A stretch of 64,000 nt of DNA from Atractiella rhizophila (GCA_021432655.1 MU271187.1:62001-126000); one strand, 5' to 3'. Shown: positions 25,654 to 38,600, counted from the stretch's first letter. Notes: generated by a model not told the origin, from the sequence alone. Translations and numbers: made by a program.

Positions 25654-27387
25654 ATGGAGAACGGAGCTTCGACAGTGATGTCATCCATGACTAGCAAAAC
25701 CATTGTCGAGTTCGAGAACCTCTTTCCGCTAGAAATTTTGTGCGCCATATTCGAATATTTTGATCCTCAGAACCTTTCCGAATGGGTTCCGCTGCTATTG
25801 GTCTGCCGCCGTTGGTATCACGTTGTCCTCAGGGACTTTTTTCTGAGCTCCCTCTCCTTACCTGACGACTTGTTTTCCCTCCGTTACGAGTACAGCACAG
25901 CAAAGGTCACAGGTGTTCTCTCCCGACTACGTTGCCACGACGACTTACGGTCTAGAGTACACACTTTGAAGCTCACCTTTATGTGGTCTTACTTCTGCAG
26001 AGACGATCCTCGAGTGGCAGTGCAGGATATTTTGGAACTGATCCGGCTTGAAGTGCGAACATGTTATCTCTCCGAATTCCATAGCGAAGTTCCTATCAGC
26101 CTCCCGATTCCGCCACTTCCACAACTGCGTCATTTAGCCATCAGCGCCTTCATGGATCCAGAATTTGACCTGGCTGCCAGATTTCCTGCGCTACAAGCAT
26201 CATCTGCATCATTACGGACATTTTCACTCGATGCAGGTGTACTCCGTTGGCCAGAGGATATCAACTCCCTTCCCAAATTCAGAGAATTGAGGTCCCTATC
26301 CGTGTTTGGAGTAGCCAGCGATCCCAGCTTTGCTTCGCGAACATCAATGTGGAACATCATGCTGCAGCAATCTGCACAATCCCTTCAGTCTCTTTACCTT
26401 GTTTTGGGCCCAAATGAGCATAGCTGGGATGATGCTATCCATCTGATGCCTTTTTTTCAAGAAGGCCTCGAGAATGTTAAACTCAGTCTGACCTTAGGCC
26501 TTCCTCTGCGCCATCTGATTGCGTTACCGCCACTTCCGCGCCTTAGCTTTTTATCTGTCATAAATCATGGCAGGGAACGAATATCTCTCCTCGAGTTGCT
26601 CCCCAACATTATTCAGTCCTCAAAACTTTCCCTCTTATCCATGTCCGGTTTCAGCTTCACGACATCCGACAGCACTAATCTGCCTCAAGCAGTAGCTTTC
26701 CCTCAGCTTACTGCGCTCTGCTCCAAACGGCCAGGTGAAGGCATAATCGAATATTCTACCACCAAGGCTTTGATGGCTCCGTATTCTAACTTGAAGGCAT
26801 TTACGGCATGTTACTGCTTATTCCATTCTTTTGGAAACGAGTCCAAAGGACACAGAGATATGGCACAAATTGTTCATGATCTTGCTAACTCTGAATGTGC
26901 TCCTCGTCTTGACATGGACTTAGAAATTTCGGGCTTGCATCCGGTGCTGTACTCAACAAGGACAACAAACACAAATATGGCCAGGTTTGGGATTTATCTA
27001 GCCGAGTTGTCATCTCTGTTTTCGGATCTTCTCGAATTCCGGAGCGTACTCATCCGTTCTGACAGCAATGGAATCTTCAGCCTCCCCGGCTGCGATATTT
27101 CCTTTAAAGGAAGAGACAATATCAGAGGCTTGAACCTCCGGTGTGAAATTGCATTTGGGGACGAAACCTTACTTGGAGGTGAACCCTTTGGCCGTTATTT
27201 TCCGGCGGCAGAGAGGGATGTCCAGTTCTGGAAAACCAAAGTTGCGGACGTCGTGGAAGCCTTACCTTCACTGCAGACATTTATCCTCGACGTTCTTGAT
27301 GATGATGAGTTTGCGCCACGTATACTTGGAATGCAAGAGTTGAGAAATTCACTAGCTTCAAGAGGAGTTCGATGGTCGGCGTTTTAA
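25654..27387 (+). CDS. Intronless F-box protein with degenerate LRR-like body
   Basis: FPLEILCAIFEYF..LLLVCRRWYHVV F-box followed by LxxLxL repeats (LPQLRHLAI, LRSLSV, LQSLYL) in a 577-aa single ORF. Confidence 0.8.
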   Translation: MENGASTVMSSMTSKTIVEFENLFPLEILCAIFEYFDPQNLSEWVPLLLVCRRWYHVVLRDFFLSSLSLPDDLFSLRYEYSTAKVTGVLSRLRCHDDLRSRVHTLKLTFMWSYFCRDDPRVAVQDILELIRLEVRTCYLSEFHSEVPISLPIPPLPQLRHLAISAFMDPEFDLAARFPALQASSASLRTFSLDAGVLRWPEDINSLPKFRELRSLSVFGVASDPSFASRTSMWNIMLQQSAQSLQSLYLVLGPNEHSWDDAIHLMPFFQEGLENVKLSLTLGLPLRHLIALPPLPRLSFLSVINHGRERISLLELLPNIIQSSKLSLLSMSGFSFTTSDSTNLPQAVAFPQLTALCSKRPGEGIIEYSTTKALMAPYSNLKAFTACYCLFHSFGNESKGHRDMAQIVHDLANSECAPRLDMDLEISGLHPVLYSTRTTNTNMARFGIYLAELSSLFSDLLEFRSVLIRSDSNGIFSLPGCDISFKGRDNIRGLNLRCEIAFGDETLLGGEPFGRYFPAAERDVQFWKTKVADVVEALPSLQTFILDVLDDDEFAPRILGMQELRNSLASRGVRWSAF

Positions 27388-27908
27388 CGTCCAAATAGGA
27401 GTCGTAGTAGGTTGTGTTACCGAGGACGAGGCAATCAACAATGAAACCAATGAAGGGCTTTGGGTGTGTATCGGTACAGCAGCAGTTAGTTTGTTCTAGC
27501 ACTATGGCTGAAACATAAATATTGAAGAAGCAATTTGTCATGTGATGAATGCTTGTGATGAATAGGAATCAAAATCAAATTTGCTCCACAAAGACTGAAG
27601 ACTGCAACCACTGTTTCGTACGCAAACTTAGGCATGGCTTGACATCGGTATTAACATTGGACAAAGGTTGTGATTAGACGATTCAGGACCTAAGAACACA
27701 GAGGGGTTCGTAAGTTTTTTTCTTTGAAACGTCTGGTCATCCCAAAAGGCAGGGTTACCGGCACAGCTGGAGTTATGTATATCTCTACTATCCATATAGA
27801 ATCCACCAGTACAATAAGCAATCGAAGAGGCGAATAGGACTCATTCCAGTCTAGGAAATCCATTCCACTTTGGCCGTCACAAAAAGCATACTCTTGCCAG
27901 CTTCAACG

Positions 27909-29381
27909 ATGGGCTTCGATTTTGAGGAAAAGGTCCCAGTTGAACTACTTCAAAAAATACTTTTACAATCCATCATAGCGGAAGAGGCTGCGACCTTTGC
28001 TGGCTACGCGACGGTTTGCTGGCGCTGGTCCTTTGTCGTTTCGGAGTTGCTTCTCTCTCACCTCTCCCTTTCCATCATTAATTCTCCTAGAAAGGATTAT
28101 ACGCCTCTACGCAATCTCCTTTGGACGCGACCGAGACTGGCTCAGCATGTTTGAAGCCTCGAGATTGTGGGAATGAAGATTCCAGATGATTTCCTTCAGT
28201 TTCTTCCCAACCTCGAGAACCTGCGGCTTGATGTGCCAGAAGAGGCGCATTTTGAATGTAGCATTCCTTACCTTCCCAAAATCAAGACTTTGACCATCTT
28301 CCGCGGTCACGAAACTCGAACTATGAAGCAGATCTTTCCCATGATGCCTCAGTGTCAGCAGCTCAGATCGTTTTCTCTCGCCATCTTTAACTCCGACGTG
28401 GTACCAGACTTCTTTACCTTTCCTATCATCAACCTAGGAAGTTTGAGCCTCCAACTCCCTTTCTATTCTGAGTCTACACTCTGCTCTCTGGAGCCCAGTG
28501 CCAACACTCTACGCCATCTTATCCTGCATGGGGTCAGGGAAGAGACTGTAGTCATCCTTCAATCTTTCCTGCAGATATTTACAAGAATTGCAACTTTGGA
28601 CCTATATGGCAATTTCTCTCGTAAATTGTCTATCCTTTTGCCGATTACCCCTACACTTCTTCAACTGGCACTCTACCATCGCCCATCACATCTCTCCTTG
28701 CAACGGGAGGAATGTGAGGATGTTGGAATGCTATCCTCTGGATTACAAAATCATAGATCTCTTGAGGTGCTCAAACTTTCTGGGGTCCCTTTCTCAGACT
28801 CATACTATTGGGGAACCTTTGGCAACTTGAAGGAGTTCACAGCGTCCGCTGATCATTTGCTTATCGTCCACCTGATTATTTTTCTTCCAAGCTTCAGGAG
28901 CTCACATGCACAACTATCGTTCGTCTGCATCACTGTATACACCGAGAAACAATCCCAGGATACCGATCTTCTCCTTCAATGCCTGAGCGGACCATCGTAT
29001 CGACCTATAGCTCTCGATGTCCACGGCTCAACTTCCAACCTCCGAATCCTCTTTCCGTCCGTTCTCGCCTTTCGGATACTCCGCATCTTAGGCATCAGCT
29101 CCACAGACCGTGAGATGCACGTCTTCACCTGCTCCGAGCTCGCGAAGGAGGAATGCACGATAGAGGTGTTTCAATGCGATAATGTGAACCTGTTGGATCA
29201 TGGGAATGCTGGTCTAAAGTGCCTTCCTAACCTCAAAGCGCTCTTCATCAACGAGCGATCGAAGTGCAAGGCGAACCAAATCAATTTTTGTTCGAGAAAG
29301 AAAGCCGATTTTTATTTTGGGGAATGGAACAAAGAAAATGTCACATTATTCTGTCGTCGTTATGGCTTGTGGTCTGCATGA
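27909..29381 (+). pseudogene. F-box/LRR-like gene with in-frame TGA at 28152-28154 (probable recent pseudogene or nonsense allele)
   Basis: VPVELLQKILL..ATVCWRW F-box. ORFs 27870..28154 and 28167..29381 are in the same frame, separated by a single TGA (LAQHV*SLEI), with no intron signals around it. Confidence 0.65.
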
Positions 29382-29568
29382 GTGGATCACTCACTTTCTA
29401 CGTTGTTTCCTGTTTCACTAACTATGAGTGCCTTGCTTGAACCACTCTAGTGTACAGTCCATCATGTTCTGTTTTTGTGAGGAGTGATTGTCTTATTTGA
29501 ACGCATTCCATCTTGAAAAGAAAATACAGATAATGGGATAGTATTATCCACCATAAACCGACGTCTCC

Positions 29569-30485
29569 TCAGCTGTTGGACACCAACTCACCACAAACAA
29601 AGTATTTATTTCCAAAATGCCCTTCCCAATCCCTCAAATTGCTCCATTCAGCAGCCGTGAGATCATTCAACTCATCGATGGGGGCATCCACAGGGGTGAG
29701 CATCGAATCATCAAACGACTGCTTCGCCAACCCTCTAGAGGCGTCACGACCAGCGAAGTTCCCGTACGGTCCTCCTGTCATATCGTTATTAGCAGCAGTA
29801 GGAGAAGTTCTGGAGAAAAGGACAAACCAGGTCCGTAGAACCCTCGGCCGGCGGAAACGTCGAAGATTCTGCCACGAATCGCAAGCAGGACTCTTCCACC
29901 ATCTCTACCGTCGTAGCTCCTCAACCTACATGGCGAGATAACTCTCATCAATAGATCGTCGAAAGAGAAGGAGGAGTCGTACTCTCTCGGCGTCAGCTTC
30001 TGCCACACCACAGCTTCGGCATGCTTCTCTGGCATCCAAGAATAGCTTGCCGCTGGATCAGTTGGAGGCTCCTTGGTGCCCCAACTGAAGGAAGGGAGGA
30101 GGAGGAATCCGAGATAGCCGATCATGGCGGCCAGAAAGATGTTTAATGGGTTTGTGACCTCTGGCGGAAAACGGTCGAGGAATTGATACAGCTCCTGCTG
30201 TAATGTCACAACGAATGGGAGGCGAGGAGCGACGACGAAGGTGCCGGCGAGGCCGAGGACGAGGAAGAAGAAGGAGAAGCCGCCGCTGGAGGAGGGCGGA
30301 GGGGGTTGGGACATAAGACCGGGCACCATGGCTCTTGTAGCAGCGAGATTAGTGACGTGGTTCAAGTAGAAAGGAAGGAGGAGCAGCCGCTTTGCCACTT
30401 CTACAACTGTAGTGATGGACTGGTAGAAGGAGCCCAGTAAATCTTGGATCATTGAAAACTTGGAGTGAGCTCTGGAAGGAGGCAT
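29569..30485 (-). CDS. DAP1: Dap1/PGRMC-type cytochrome b5-like heme/steroid-binding membrane protein
   Basis: LRSYDGRDGGRVLLAIRGRIFDVSAGRGFYGPGGPYGNFAGRDASRGLAKQSFD..DWEGHFGNKYFVCGEL with N-terminal TM segments. True start may be 30329 or 30314. Confidence 0.88.
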
Positions 30486-31396
30486 GGGACGAAACGAAAA
30501 GAGAGTCGACAGGATTTCATTCCTCCGCGGCTGACGCAGCTGCCACCATGATATAGTGCAATGGACAGGTAGACACCGAAACGAGATTGATCTGAACGAA
30601 ATTCACATACCTACTACTCGGCGAGAATGGAAAGGAGCTTTGCAAAGTCGTGCTCAGCTAACTCTAACTCGAAGTTCACTTCCGTGCAAACTCAGTTTTG
30701 CCGAGTCCGCGGACACTGCAAATATTCGTCAAACTGTAGTATGTACTTGTTCCGCTGCGTATGTTAGCTGCCTCAACAATACTTGTTGGAGAGGCATGCG
30801 CATGGTTAAACAGTGCCGCTTTGAGCAGCTCCATTGCGACCTCCACTCACATCTCCTGTGTGATTCATAGACTATCAATGACGGATCCTCTCACCTCGAC
30901 CTCATCCATCTTGTTGTTTTCAACCAACGTTAAGCTCAGCTCAAGTATGCCTACTTTTTGCACATCCGAAGCCGAAGCCTCGTTCGATGTAACCACGATC
31001 TTTCCCTTCACTTCCGATTCAAAATGGTCAGTTCCGTCCTCCCTACCCGCATTTCAATTTTTCTGCGCGCTCGGTGTAGATCATCGAAAATAAAATGAAT
31101 GCTCTTCCTACACGCGGCGCTGAAATGGAGTGGCATGCGGGAAAGAGGTGATAACGTCCAGATCTTCATGTTAGGAAGATATTTGTGTATTGGCTCAATT
31201 ACAGTCAAGGTCCATCAAATGTTCAAAAACAGTCTGCAGCTTGGTCTGTCAGAGAGTTTGAAGAGCCACAAAGTCAGATGGTGAAGAGATTGTTTTCATA
31301 TCGACAAGTTTGGTGAGTAGGCGCTTTTGATCCAATACATGGCGAAAGTACGCAAATGCTCGACTTGTCAGCCACGTACATCAATGGCGTAGTTGT

Positions 31397-33163
31397 CTAA
31401 TCAAATTTAATGCTGTGAGACTGCATCGTAATCTCTCCACTAATTTTCACACGAGGAATGAGCAAGGTTAGGACCAGCAAGATTCTCGACTCACCCTCTA
31501 TAAGATCCCCTTTTCTTCTTATTTTTCTCCTTTGTAAACCCCTTTCCTCTCGTCACGATCAAATCCGCCGAAGCCTTCGCCCCATAGTCATTCATCCCTC
31601 CCCTCTGTAGAAGTTCCGTCATCAGCGTAAAATGCATTGAGAAAAAGAAGGGTACGAACCCGAGCTTCGAAACTATTATCTGCCAACCGGGGATCCACAC
31701 TAATCTCCTCAGCTCTTACGCGACGGAAAGGTGTATTGGATCCTTTCTTTTTCTCTCCCTTCTTGCCATTGCCATTACCATTGCCATTCCCTTCAACATT
31801 GGAAGACGATGACAACACAGCAGCAGGAGATGGTGATTTTGCGGTGACGGAAGACTCAGTTGATTGGGCCACCTTCTGTTTTTTCGCTGTCGGTTTATCT
31901 ACAAAGTTGGCGAGGATGTCAGCGGGCTGATCGAAAAGATAACAATAGAAACAATGGATTGGAAGCAACGCACCAGAGTCAGAGCTTGATGAACTCGAAC
32001 TCGAGCTAGACGAGCTCTTATTCTCAGGCTTTTTCTCGTCCTCTGATTCCGATGAGGAGCTAGAAGAAGACGAAGTGCCTTCCCGCTTCCGTTTCGCACC
32101 TACAACGACAGCAGCAGATTTGGTGGGCTCTGCAGCTTTAGGTTTCGAGGCTCCATTGGATTCGTCGCTGGAGGAACTGGAAGAGCTAGAAGAACTGGAG
32201 GATGAACTCGATTTGGCTTTCCTTGAAGCAGGTTTAGAAGTCTCTTCTGAAGAAGAAGAGGAGGAAGAGGAAGAGCTGGCGGATGATTTCGGCGGGGTGG
32301 GCAGTGCCTTTGGTGTCTCATCTTCTGAGGATGATGATGAGCTAGAGGAAGACTGAGAGGAAGCCTTGGACGTTGTTACAGTCACAGGGATGCTAGATGT
32401 CGCTTTTGAGGCCTGGTTTTCGTCCTCCGACGAGGAAGAGGAGGAGGAAGAGGAGGAAGACGAGGAGGAGCTCTTTTTGGATAGTCCCTTGTTCGGCGCA
32501 GTCAATGTTTCCTTAACTTCTTCTTCCGAAGAATCGCTGCTGCTGCTGCTGGATGACGACGTAGCTTTTTTAGCTGCCTCCTTGTCCTCTGCAGATGAAC
32601 TAGCTGAGGAAGAACTAGAAGAGGAAACCATCTTTACATCTTCATCCTTGGATTTTGGACTCTTCTTGGACTCGGATTTCGAAGAGGTTGAACTTGAGGA
32701 GCTGGAGGAGCTGGAGCTGGAGCTTGCTTTACGTTTTGGCGATGTTTTCATGGGCTTGTTCGACTCATCCTCTGAGGAGTCGGAGGCTGAGGAACCCTTG
32801 GATTTGGGGGAGGGAGATTTACTTCATCAATGAAATGGTGTGAACCCTTTATTTCAAAGAGAGGAGAGAATAACGCACTTCTTCCGCTTCGACTTTGCAC
32901 CCGCCTTCGTCTTCTTCAACCCATCTCCCAAAATTTGCTTCAGAGCGTTGCTAGAGCTGACAACCTCCTCGGCTTGAGAATCTAGCGTCTTCCGCTTGAT
33001 CTTCACTTGCTTTCGAAGCTCTATCGCGACAGAAGTATGCCCTTCTGTGATGAGGAAAGCATCCAAAAGCTTGTACAAATCTGCTCCGCATTTGGCATTA
33101 GCACAGGCTTATATGCGCTAGAACATAGACCTTACCTTTGCTCTCACCGCTATCCATGGCCAT
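31397..33163 (-). CDS. SRP40: Srp40/Nopp140 nucleolar phosphoprotein
   Basis: LisH-like N-terminus, poly-Ser/acidic repeats alternating with Lys/Ala/Pro blocks, and SRP40_C PFRRV..YGAKASADLIVTRGKGFTKEKNKKKRGSYRGGEITMQSHSIKFD*. Confidence 0.93.
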
Positions 33164-33203
33164 ATCTGGCGTTTGACCTCGATCAAGATTGCTGGCCAAC
33201 GAA

Positions 33204-33217
33204 GAAATTTTTTTGCA
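33204..33217. promoter_or_regulatory. RRPE-like element in the ~114-bp SRP40/CLP1 divergent intergenic region
   Basis: GAAATTTTTTTGCA resembles RRPE (GAAAAWTTTT) and lies upstream of a ribosome-biogenesis gene. Confidence 0.4.
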
Positions 33218-33277
33218 CGAGAGAAAATGCAGAACAAACACGGACAACCAGTAGCTGAAAGGGCAGAAGCAACAACG

Positions 33278-35484
33278 ATGTCTCGTCCAGAACCGCGGTA
33301 TTTCAAGCTTGAAGCTCTCCAAGAGTATCGCTTCGAGCTGGAGAGACACGAAGCAATAGCAGTACGGCTGAATAGCGGGACTGCAGAGATTTTCGGATAT
33401 GAACTTGCGAAGCATGTGGAATATGGGTTCTCTGATGAAGCAAGGGGTGCAATCTTTAGTTGGGAGGGTGCTGAGCTCGAGATAGGTTTTTGGTGATGTA
33501 GTCTCTTCTTCTTGGAGCCATGAAGTGGAAAAGTGGCAGATGAAGTTGCTCCACAAACAACAACAACGATCCTGAGCTAGAAAGAGGAATGCGAAAAGAA
33601 AAACCGTCTTTGGGTCTCCTGCCAGGCGCTCATGCGGACATGGAGCTCTAGTACTGGCAAAAAGCAGTGGTTTTCATGCTATAATTAATCTATTCCCAAA
33701 CAGCAACTGTGCATGTTTGCTAAAATGCGAGGACACTGTTCAGTCTTTAAAGGAGATTCCTACTAGGAACAGTTCGTTGGCTGTCTACTCGACAAGTTCC
33801 CCTCTCGCCTCATTCTCATTCAAAAGTGGGCCTATCTTCTAAGTGCCGAGTTCATGCACCCGCGGATCGCACGATTTCTGCGAGTGCCAGTCTTTACAGT
33901 CTCGTTTATTGACGCAACGCGAGGAGTTCTTCCTCTCAACCCCGAACTTATGATGTTGGAATGTTTACGTTTTAGGTCAACCATCCACTGAGTACATAGG
34001 CGAAGAGACGCCAATACCTATGTATCTAAACTTGCATCTAGCAATAGAGAGCATGCGAATACAAGCTTGTCCCCCTTCAGCTTCCACTACCAGTTCAGAC
34101 ATCCCAGGTCCAAGGGTGCTGATCGTCGGGCACTCAAATACCGGAAAAACTTCTCTAGCCAAAATTTTGACCAACTGGGCTATAAGATCTGGAAGGGAAG
34201 GGATACTATTTGTTAATCTTGACCCGTCAGAAGTGGGTTTTCTCTCTGACTGCTTTGACGCGAGTCTGGATGACGCAGGAAGCAGGGCGCTCTAACAATT
34301 CCAGGAACTGTGGCTGTTGCTTCAGTTTCTGCTTTATTACCAACGACAACTCCAGCGGTTCCATTCGGCATAACGCCAACAACTGGCGCGGCGGTCCAAG
34401 GGAATACTCCAGAAGGAGCGACGCCAGGACAGGGAACAAATAATGTCGCCTATCATGCACCAGCACGACTTGAGACATTTGCACCTACACTCTCAATCCT
34501 TTCTTTCTTTTATGGGCATCTCTCCTACACTAGAAATGAAGAGTATGGAGAGGCTCTAGTTGAGAAGTTATCAGGGATTGTAAAGAGGAGGATTGAGCAG
34601 AGCGGCGACGAGAATCTCTGGAAGGCAGGTGTGATTGTGGATACGCCAGGGGAATGGACAGAGAATAAAGAGAAGGGATGGGCGATGATTAAAAAAGCAG
34701 TTAGGGATCTCGACAGTGGGTTGTCTCGTCTTCACGTTTCGGAAAACGAGCCTGAGGGTGGCCGTAATAGTTACTATAATGGTGGTTATTGGGAACGAGA
34801 AATTGAATATCGATATGTCGCGCCTCATGAAGGGATCTAATGTTCAGGTCGTGCGTGTAACAAAGAGCGGCGGGGTAAGCACTATCAGTACATCTCGTCA
34901 GCCGTTCATGATTACATCTAGATCACTGATCAAGATACCGCCTATCGTCGTCGCATACAACTTCAGCAAATCCGAGCCTACTTCTATGGCGGTCCGCGCT
35001 TAACACAAGGGGTTCTCTCACCCTTTTCGTTCCCAGTCCGTTTCGACGAGCTAAAAATCTATCGAGTTGGACAAGGTGGCTATTTCTTGCCTAAACGGCA
35101 GGTTCATACTTACCGGAGAAATGACAGAATCGTTGGCTCCTTCTTCCGCTCTGCCAATCGGCGCACAGCGTCAAATTTCAAAAACTCAGCTGTACGAAGT
35201 GGATATGTCCATCCCACGTTCAGCCACCGACCTTGCAAGCTGTGTTTTGGCGCTATCTCAAGTTTCTGACGATGCCCCTGAGTCCGATATGCTCCTCAGC
35301 CCAGTTCTAACTTTTGTACACCTGTGCGTCCCATTCTCTACTCAAATCCAAATGCATCCTGAGTTATTGACTTAGCACCTCAATCGACACAGTCAAAAAG
35401 AAGTTCATCATTCTCTCGCCACTGAAACCTCTGCCTCGAATGCGAGCCATTGCGGGTACTGTCCAATTTTTCGAGACGGAATAG
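33278..35484 (+). CDS. CLP1: Clp1 RNA 5'-kinase / mRNA cleavage-polyadenylation factor
   Basis: EYRFELE..SGTAEIFGYEL, STEYIGEETP..YLNLH, GPRVLIVGHSNTGKTSLAKILTNWA (P-loop), VNLDPSEG, VDTPG and KSGG. First intron 33486-33975. Confidence 0.93.
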
Positions 35485-35652
35485 TTCAGTTCACAAGTCA
35501 CCTCACATCAACCACGTGCGTTTATCGATGTTTTAAACTATGTTGCAAACACAGAGGTATATATATACGTCTACGAAATGCCAGTGATCCGTTCAACCAG
35601 CCAATGGGCCTTTACAATGTCATGCGAACTGAGGTGAATAAACATGGATTGA

Positions 35653-38600
35653 TCAGAATGCCATGAACGATACGTCGGCGTTATGCCCAAAATCCCAAAT
35701 GTAAATCTTTTGATCCTGTGAACAGCTAACAATTTTTGTGATGTCATATTGAATCCGAAAAATCTGGACAATCACGGTGAGTGAGTAGATTACGCGAGCT
35801 CGTAAGATGGCAGGACGAACTCGATGAGCATGCGCATGCACAATATTCACAAGCAGTTTCCGTGTCTTCCTATCCCAAATTTTGATCGTCTCGTCGTACT
35901 ATTATGAAGTACCTAGTCAATCAATGCTGTTGAAGGAGACGGGCCACGTACACTTCCACTGACAATCCATCGATCGTCAAACTGAAGTGTCCTCACCAGA
36001 TCCGTATGTCCACCACCAAACAATGGTACGGGATTGATAGTATTTGAACCGTTTGAACTGTTCTCAGGCCTCAAAGCTAACGATCCGAAAGTTATTACTG
36101 GTGCATCATTGAAGCGCGGATGAGGGCCAAGGAGAGTCTGCGCTTGAGTCTGGCCTCCTTCAATCAACGCCTCTGTTTTCCCAGTCACAACGTCGAAGAT
36201 ACGGATGCTACAGTCGCTTCCTCCAGAAACAATGGTCGATCCGAGGCACTGTATGGCAGCTATTCCTCGCTCGTGCCCTTCGATACAGCGAACACATTGT
36301 CCTTCGAAGTTCCAGATTCGTATTTCACGGTCACCGCTTGCGGAGACGATGTGGTCGCTTTCTATCTGTATTGCATTCCTGTAGCAAAGATTTAAAATGG
36401 TGAGAGGAGTGATGGAGCAGGATGACCGACACGGCGCGACGATGTCCTTCTAAAGTATGCAGAAGTTGGCCTGTAACAGTGCTCCATAATTTGATTGTTC
36501 GATCTGCAAGACAATGTTGATTTGATAGTCCGATGCCCAATTGATTAACATACCTTTTGAACAAGATGCAAGCAGTTCCCCAACGAACCGGACCCCAAGC
36601 ACGGAATCTCGATGACCCTAAACCATCATTAGCTTCTCTCCAGTAGAATAACTGTGGGCGACCTTAAGGACCATCCGTCTCTTCCCTGTGGCAAGCTCCC
36701 AAAGCACAATGTCTCCGTCAGAGCTTCCACTAACCAACAATCCCTCCTCGTCATCCTCACTCTCCGCTTCCTTATCCATATCCACATCCATATCCTCCTT
36801 ACCCCCATCCTTCCGCATGTTTTTCGAGTTCGGATCCCGCCTCCCCCTCCACTCCTCGAACTGCAAACACAACACACTCCCCGAATGATACCTGTAAGTC
36901 CTCAAACATCGTCCAGTAGACATATCCCACGCCTTCACTGTGGCATCACGGCTACCACTGACGAGGAGGGAAGAGTGAGGGTGCGGTGAGAACTGCACGC
37001 AATAAATGCTTTCGGCATGGGGATTGACGACTGGATGTCCAATGCGAGGATGAGGAATGAAGGATGCATGCGGGTTCAGGGCGGATGGCGCACTGGCGGA
37101 GGGTGAACAGAGTGTGCGGACGGTGTAACGACCTTTGCGCCAATTGCGGTCGATGACCATTCGAGTCGCGTACATATCTGTCAAGCGACGAAATTATGAG
37201 ACATTTCACGATGCACAAGAAGGAAGAAACGCACATCGCCAATTAACCACAGGTCGCCCTGCAGAGTCCCAATGCCCAGCTCCAACCTTCTGCACATCCA
37301 AAGTCTTAGGAACCATAATCTCCCTATCCTTCTCCCTCTCTTTGTCTTTCCCATCTTCTGCATATTGCTCCGGTAACAATCCTTCCGCGAAATTTTTCTC
37401 CAAAACGGTTGTCGGCATGCTAAGATGTGTAGCATGCACTCTACTAGCTCTTCTCGTGCTCGGACCTGCTCTCCTCTCTCTCCTCTCCCTGCCACTCCCA
37501 CTCCCTCCAACTCCAACCTCTCTATTGCTTTCTCTCTCCCCCTCCCTCCGTTGAGGCACGTGTCCTGTCCTTCGTTGGCTTTGCGTCCTCCTAGCACTCA
37601 CGCTGATTGGTGGATACTGTCCCCTCTCGCCCCTAACTTCTGGGGCAGGAACGAGTCTGGTCAAACAGGTGCCTATGGCTCTCGCACCTCTTATTGTCGA
37701 GTTAGGCGAAGAAGACGCGTAGAACACGTCGTCTGGCACTTCCAGATCGATGTCCAGCGTCGCTGCGCTCTTAGACAACGAAGAGCTTGACGAGGACGCG
37801 TGGGGATGATGAGACGGCGGGACTCGGGTAGGAGTTGCCCAGGAAGGAGCGATAGACTTGCGTCTGCGAGAATGTGAGGGGTGTGGAGGAGTGACAAGGT
37901 GTGATAGGGTCGCGGTGCGATCTTTAGGGGAGGCGGGAAGTCCTGGAGCTTTGAAGGTACTGATTGGACGGTCGGAGTAGTTGTAGGTTATTGACGGGGA
38001 CGGAGAATGGTGATGAGACGGTTGTAGGGGTGGGAAGACTTTGTGACGTGGGGACGGGGGAAGCCCAACTCTTGACGCCGAAGTCAGATGGTTCGGTAGG
38101 AAGGAAGTTGTTTGCTCGGAAGACATCATGTGCGTGTCTTCATCTCCATCTTCATCGTCGCGATCAGATGGGTAATTGGTGTCGTCAATGCTGAAGCGAA
38201 TATCGGATGCCTCTCTCCTCTTGCCTTTGGTATTGGTCATCCATTCGAAGTCCTCCTCCTCCTCTCCCATCCCCTCATCGCTCTCCATCCTCTCCTTTCC
38301 CTTCCCGCTTCCCTTAACTCCCTTACCCTTCTCTTGCTCTTTCTGTAGTGCAGCCGCACCTTGCGCTCCCCACCATTCCACTGCGGCACGATCATATTTC
38401 CAACCTGCTCTGACATAGAGCGCCTTCCAGAGTAGTTGATCGGTATTTATGAGGTTGTAGTAACGTTTGCAGACGAGCTATTCCCACGCGTTTTGCCAGT
38501 GATTCGGCACGTTGAGGGTGTGCAAGGGGGAAATAGAAGGGCAACATACAGAACAGTTTAACAAATCCGCGACATCTAGATGCTTCAAGATGCAGCGCGC

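Noticed and set aside
30556..31284. Short ORFs between DAP1 and SRP40
   Set aside because: No consistent spliced model or recognisable domain.
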